Positions 62,083-64,000 of a stretch of 64,000 nt of DNA are shown here, piece by piece (position 1 is the stretch's first letter; every line of letters starts with the position of its first letter). Source of the DNA: Bacteroidota bacterium (GTDB lineage: Bacteria > Bacteroidota > Bacteroidia > J057); the NCBI GenBank assembly GCA_039820545.1, contig JBCBPW010000003.1:6938-70937 (forward strand), read 5' to 3'. The position numbers were made by a program, and so were the translations under genes. The notes beneath the pieces are model-generated. The model was given only the letters and a program-made list of their open reading frames with translations, did not search any database and was not told where the DNA came from.

Positions 62083-62454
62083 TCTTGGGTGAAATGAAGA
62101 TTTGAGCATTTCCTGAAAAAATACGACAGACTACAGCTAGGAGCAATGGATTGTACACGCTCTACTTCTAGCTTAGCATAAATTGACGTTCGTTATAACT
62201 AGTAGTTAGAGTTGGCAGAAAAAGGGAACCGATCTATTAATATTTGAGTAATAACCGTTCTTTCCAACTACCCTTTTTGTTTACTCTGCACTAGTGGTTC
62301 TTTTGTGAAAATGTTGGAGGGAATAGATTGGGGATATCAGTCGCCAATCCTATTCCTCTCGGCATAAACAAGAAGTACACATTAGCGTTTTAGTATATAA
62401 GAGACAGTTTGACATTCATTCTTCAGCCTTTCAGGTCGATTTGAGACATCCTTT

Positions 62455-63567
62455 ATGTTGAAACTTTTTGCATATAAACTAGGGTTCCTATGGCTAATGT
62501 TGGTGACAGTGCCTGCTTTTGGGCAACTGGAGCAGATCATGGATCTGGAGGGGGAGTGGGCATTTACCATCGGGGATGATCCATCTTGGGCGATCTTGGA
62601 TCACAACCATAGCAACTGGGACAGGATTCCTGTTCCTGGCCAATGGGAAGAGCATGGATTTCCAGGATATGATGGGTATGCTTGGTATAGAAAAGAAATC
62701 AACGGACGAAAATTGCCCCAAAATCAGGACCTGTTTATTTATCTGGGAAATATCGACGATGTCGATGAAGTCTATCTCAATGGTACATTGATTGGAAGTA
62801 CAGGAAGTTTACCTCCAGATTTTAGAACGGGATATGGCATACTCCGTGTGTACCGACTGCCTCGCGACGTAGTGGAGTATGATGGAAAGAATGTGCTGGC
62901 TGTTCGTGTATACGATGAATTTAGGGAAGGGGGGATTCTTGCGGGTTGGGAGTTTGAGGTAGAAGGATTTGAGTTATTGGATGCACCTGGAAAAGAGGGG
63001 CATATTCTAGATAAAGTTCAGAAAGTAATTGGGAAAAATAAGGGAATCGGTATATATGGAAAGAAGAAGCCCGCGTACTTACAGATGGATTTGACGGGTA
63101 CATGGGAGATTGCTTTTTCCGACCGTATAGATACAGATTATGAAGCGATTCCCTCAGATAAATGGCATAGCCTCTGGGTACCTAAATCTTGGGAGGCTCA
63201 AGGTTTTGGGCATGATGGATATGCGTTTTATCGAAAGACATTTTATTGCCCTAAAGAGGTGGCAGAAGAGTCGCTCATGATCATGGTGGGCGTCATCGAT
63301 GACCAGGATCAGGTATACATCAATGGAGAACTGGTAGGGCAGACAGGGTTTTACGTGAATTCTGGTAAAAATCCCTCAAAGAACTCTTGGTCTTGGCTGG
63401 TGAACCGTGCCTACAGCATTCCTTCGGGCATTCTCAAACCTGATCAGCAAAACGTCATCATCGTCAAAGTATATGATCATGGAGGAGAGGGAGGGATATA
63501 CAAAGGACCTGTAGGACTCATCCGAGACCAAGACTATACACGCTTCATGCGCAATCGAAAAAAGTAG
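62455..63567 (+). CDS. paralogue of 60922..62082 (two GH2-N-type jelly-roll domains)
   Basis: Signal peptide MLKLFAYKLGFLWLMLVTVPAFGQ. It has the same two-domain pattern, from WDRIPVPGQWEEHGFPGYDGYAWYRK and from WHSLWVPKSWEAQGFGHDGYAFYRK. It is roughly half identical to the upstream gene by eye. Confidence 0.65.
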   Translation: MLKLFAYKLGFLWLMLVTVPAFGQLEQIMDLEGEWAFTIGDDPSWAILDHNHSNWDRIPVPGQWEEHGFPGYDGYAWYRKEINGRKLPQNQDLFIYLGNIDDVDEVYLNGTLIGSTGSLPPDFRTGYGILRVYRLPRDVVEYDGKNVLAVRVYDEFREGGILAGWEFEVEGFELLDAPGKEGHILDKVQKVIGKNKGIGIYGKKKPAYLQMDLTGTWEIAFSDRIDTDYEAIPSDKWHSLWVPKSWEAQGFGHDGYAFYRKTFYCPKEVAEESLMIMVGVIDDQDQVYINGELVGQTGFYVNSGKNPSKNSWSWLVNRAYSIPSGILKPDQQNVIIVKVYDHGGEGGIYKGPVGLIRDQDYTRFMRNRKK

Positions 63568-63591
63568 GACCACCGCCATGACGCGGTCATC
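63564..63591 (+). repeat. GTAGRR-CCACCGCCA hairpin element (copy 3)
   Basis: gtaggaccaccgccatgacgcggtcatc. The TAG inside GTAG is the stop codon of the 62455..63567 gene. Confidence 0.4.
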
Positions 63592-63628
63592 AAACTATCC
63601 TCACGGTGTGGTCATCAGAAAAGCGTCA

Positions 63629-64000
63629 TCATCGAACCCATTCAAAACGACTCAAAAAGCCCTCTTTACCGCAGACCCAGCCCGATCGAGGGCCCGTAAG
63701 ATGGATACTATGTAAGTCTGCATCTGTCTTTAGCCCTATCCGCTCCCAGCTTTTGCCTCCATCATCCGAATACTTGAAGATTCCTTTGTCCCCTGCTACA
63801 TATAGGTGCGCACTGTCCCAGCATACGATCTCATGGTAGGATTCATAGGGAAGCAGAGGATTATTTCCATTGCGGAGCTTCTCCCAGTTTGTCCCAGCAT
63901 CCCTCGTTTTAAGGATGGTCCCAGCACGCCCCACTACATAACCGACCGTCGGGGTAGGCCAGTCCATAGCGGAGAAGAAGCCTCTTCGGGCGTCTGTAAG
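63629..64000 (-). CDS. BNR/Asp-box beta-propeller protein (Ycf48-like), 5'-truncated by window edge
   Basis: Asp-box motifs TRDAGTNWEKL and SDDGGKSWERI. The reading frame stays open to nt 64000, so the true start is probably outside the window. Confidence 0.55.
   Translation of the reverse strand, partial: LTDARRGFFSAMDWPTPTVGYVVGRAGTILKTRDAGTNWEKLRNGNNPLLPYESYHEIVCWDSAHLYVAGDKGIFKYSDDGGKSWERIGLKTDADLHSIHLTGPRSGWVCGKEGFLSRFEWVR

Noticed and set aside
62210-62277. Complementary segments AGTTGG/CCAACT and AAAAGGG/CCCTTTT upstream of the second GH2-N-like paralogue
   Set aside because: The order a-b-a'-b' is not a nested hairpin. It would need a pseudoknot with a ~40-nt loop. The segments are short and A/T-rich, so the evidence for a structured RNA is insufficient.
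1-64000. Search for mobile elements, prophage, integrase, transposase or toxin-antitoxin pairs
   Set aside because: No ORF shows DDE/HUH transposase, tyrosine or serine recombinase, phage structural or classic toxin-antitoxin motifs. No long terminal inverted repeats were seen. The only hint of past mobility is the tRNA-like fragment at 4411..4460.

Overview
This 64-kb chromosomal window holds about 55 protein-coding genes on both strands. It is most likely from a member of Bacteroidota, because at least four secreted proteins end in T9SS-type C-terminal sorting domains. Housekeeping genes include pfkA, mgsA, a PDH E1-beta gene, dprA, holA, ggt, a class-I aminotransferase and a MutT-type Nudix gene. 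These are interleaved with accessory and envelope genes:
- an arsR-arsI pair
- a BacNaV-type voltage-gated channel
- an MBOAT gene with a partner gene
- a TPR-CHAT protease-like protein
- an ABC ATPase next to a permease fused to an M1 peptidase
- M23, S8 and PhoD-family exoenzymes
- a dense two-component signalling island that includes a LOV-domain histidine kinase

I saw no rRNA, no complete tRNA, no CRISPR array, and no transposase, integrase or phage genes. I cannot point to an unambiguous new multi-gene system such as a defence island. The observations most worth following up are:
1. An in-frame 90-bp tandem duplication of the ggt 3' end whose divergence is almost purely synonymous.
2. 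Several families of short conserved intergenic elements: a 62-nt box in two convergent intergenic regions, a roughly 30-nt upstream box including one orphan copy, and GTAGRR hairpins next to stop codons.
3. The LOV-HK / REC-HK / hybrid-HK signalling island.
4. The ABC-permease::M1-peptidase fusion operon.
5. A channel with a CaV-like TxEGW selectivity filter.
6. An uncharacterised secreted three-gene cluster at the left edge.

All family calls are by-eye motif recognition. No database search was run.
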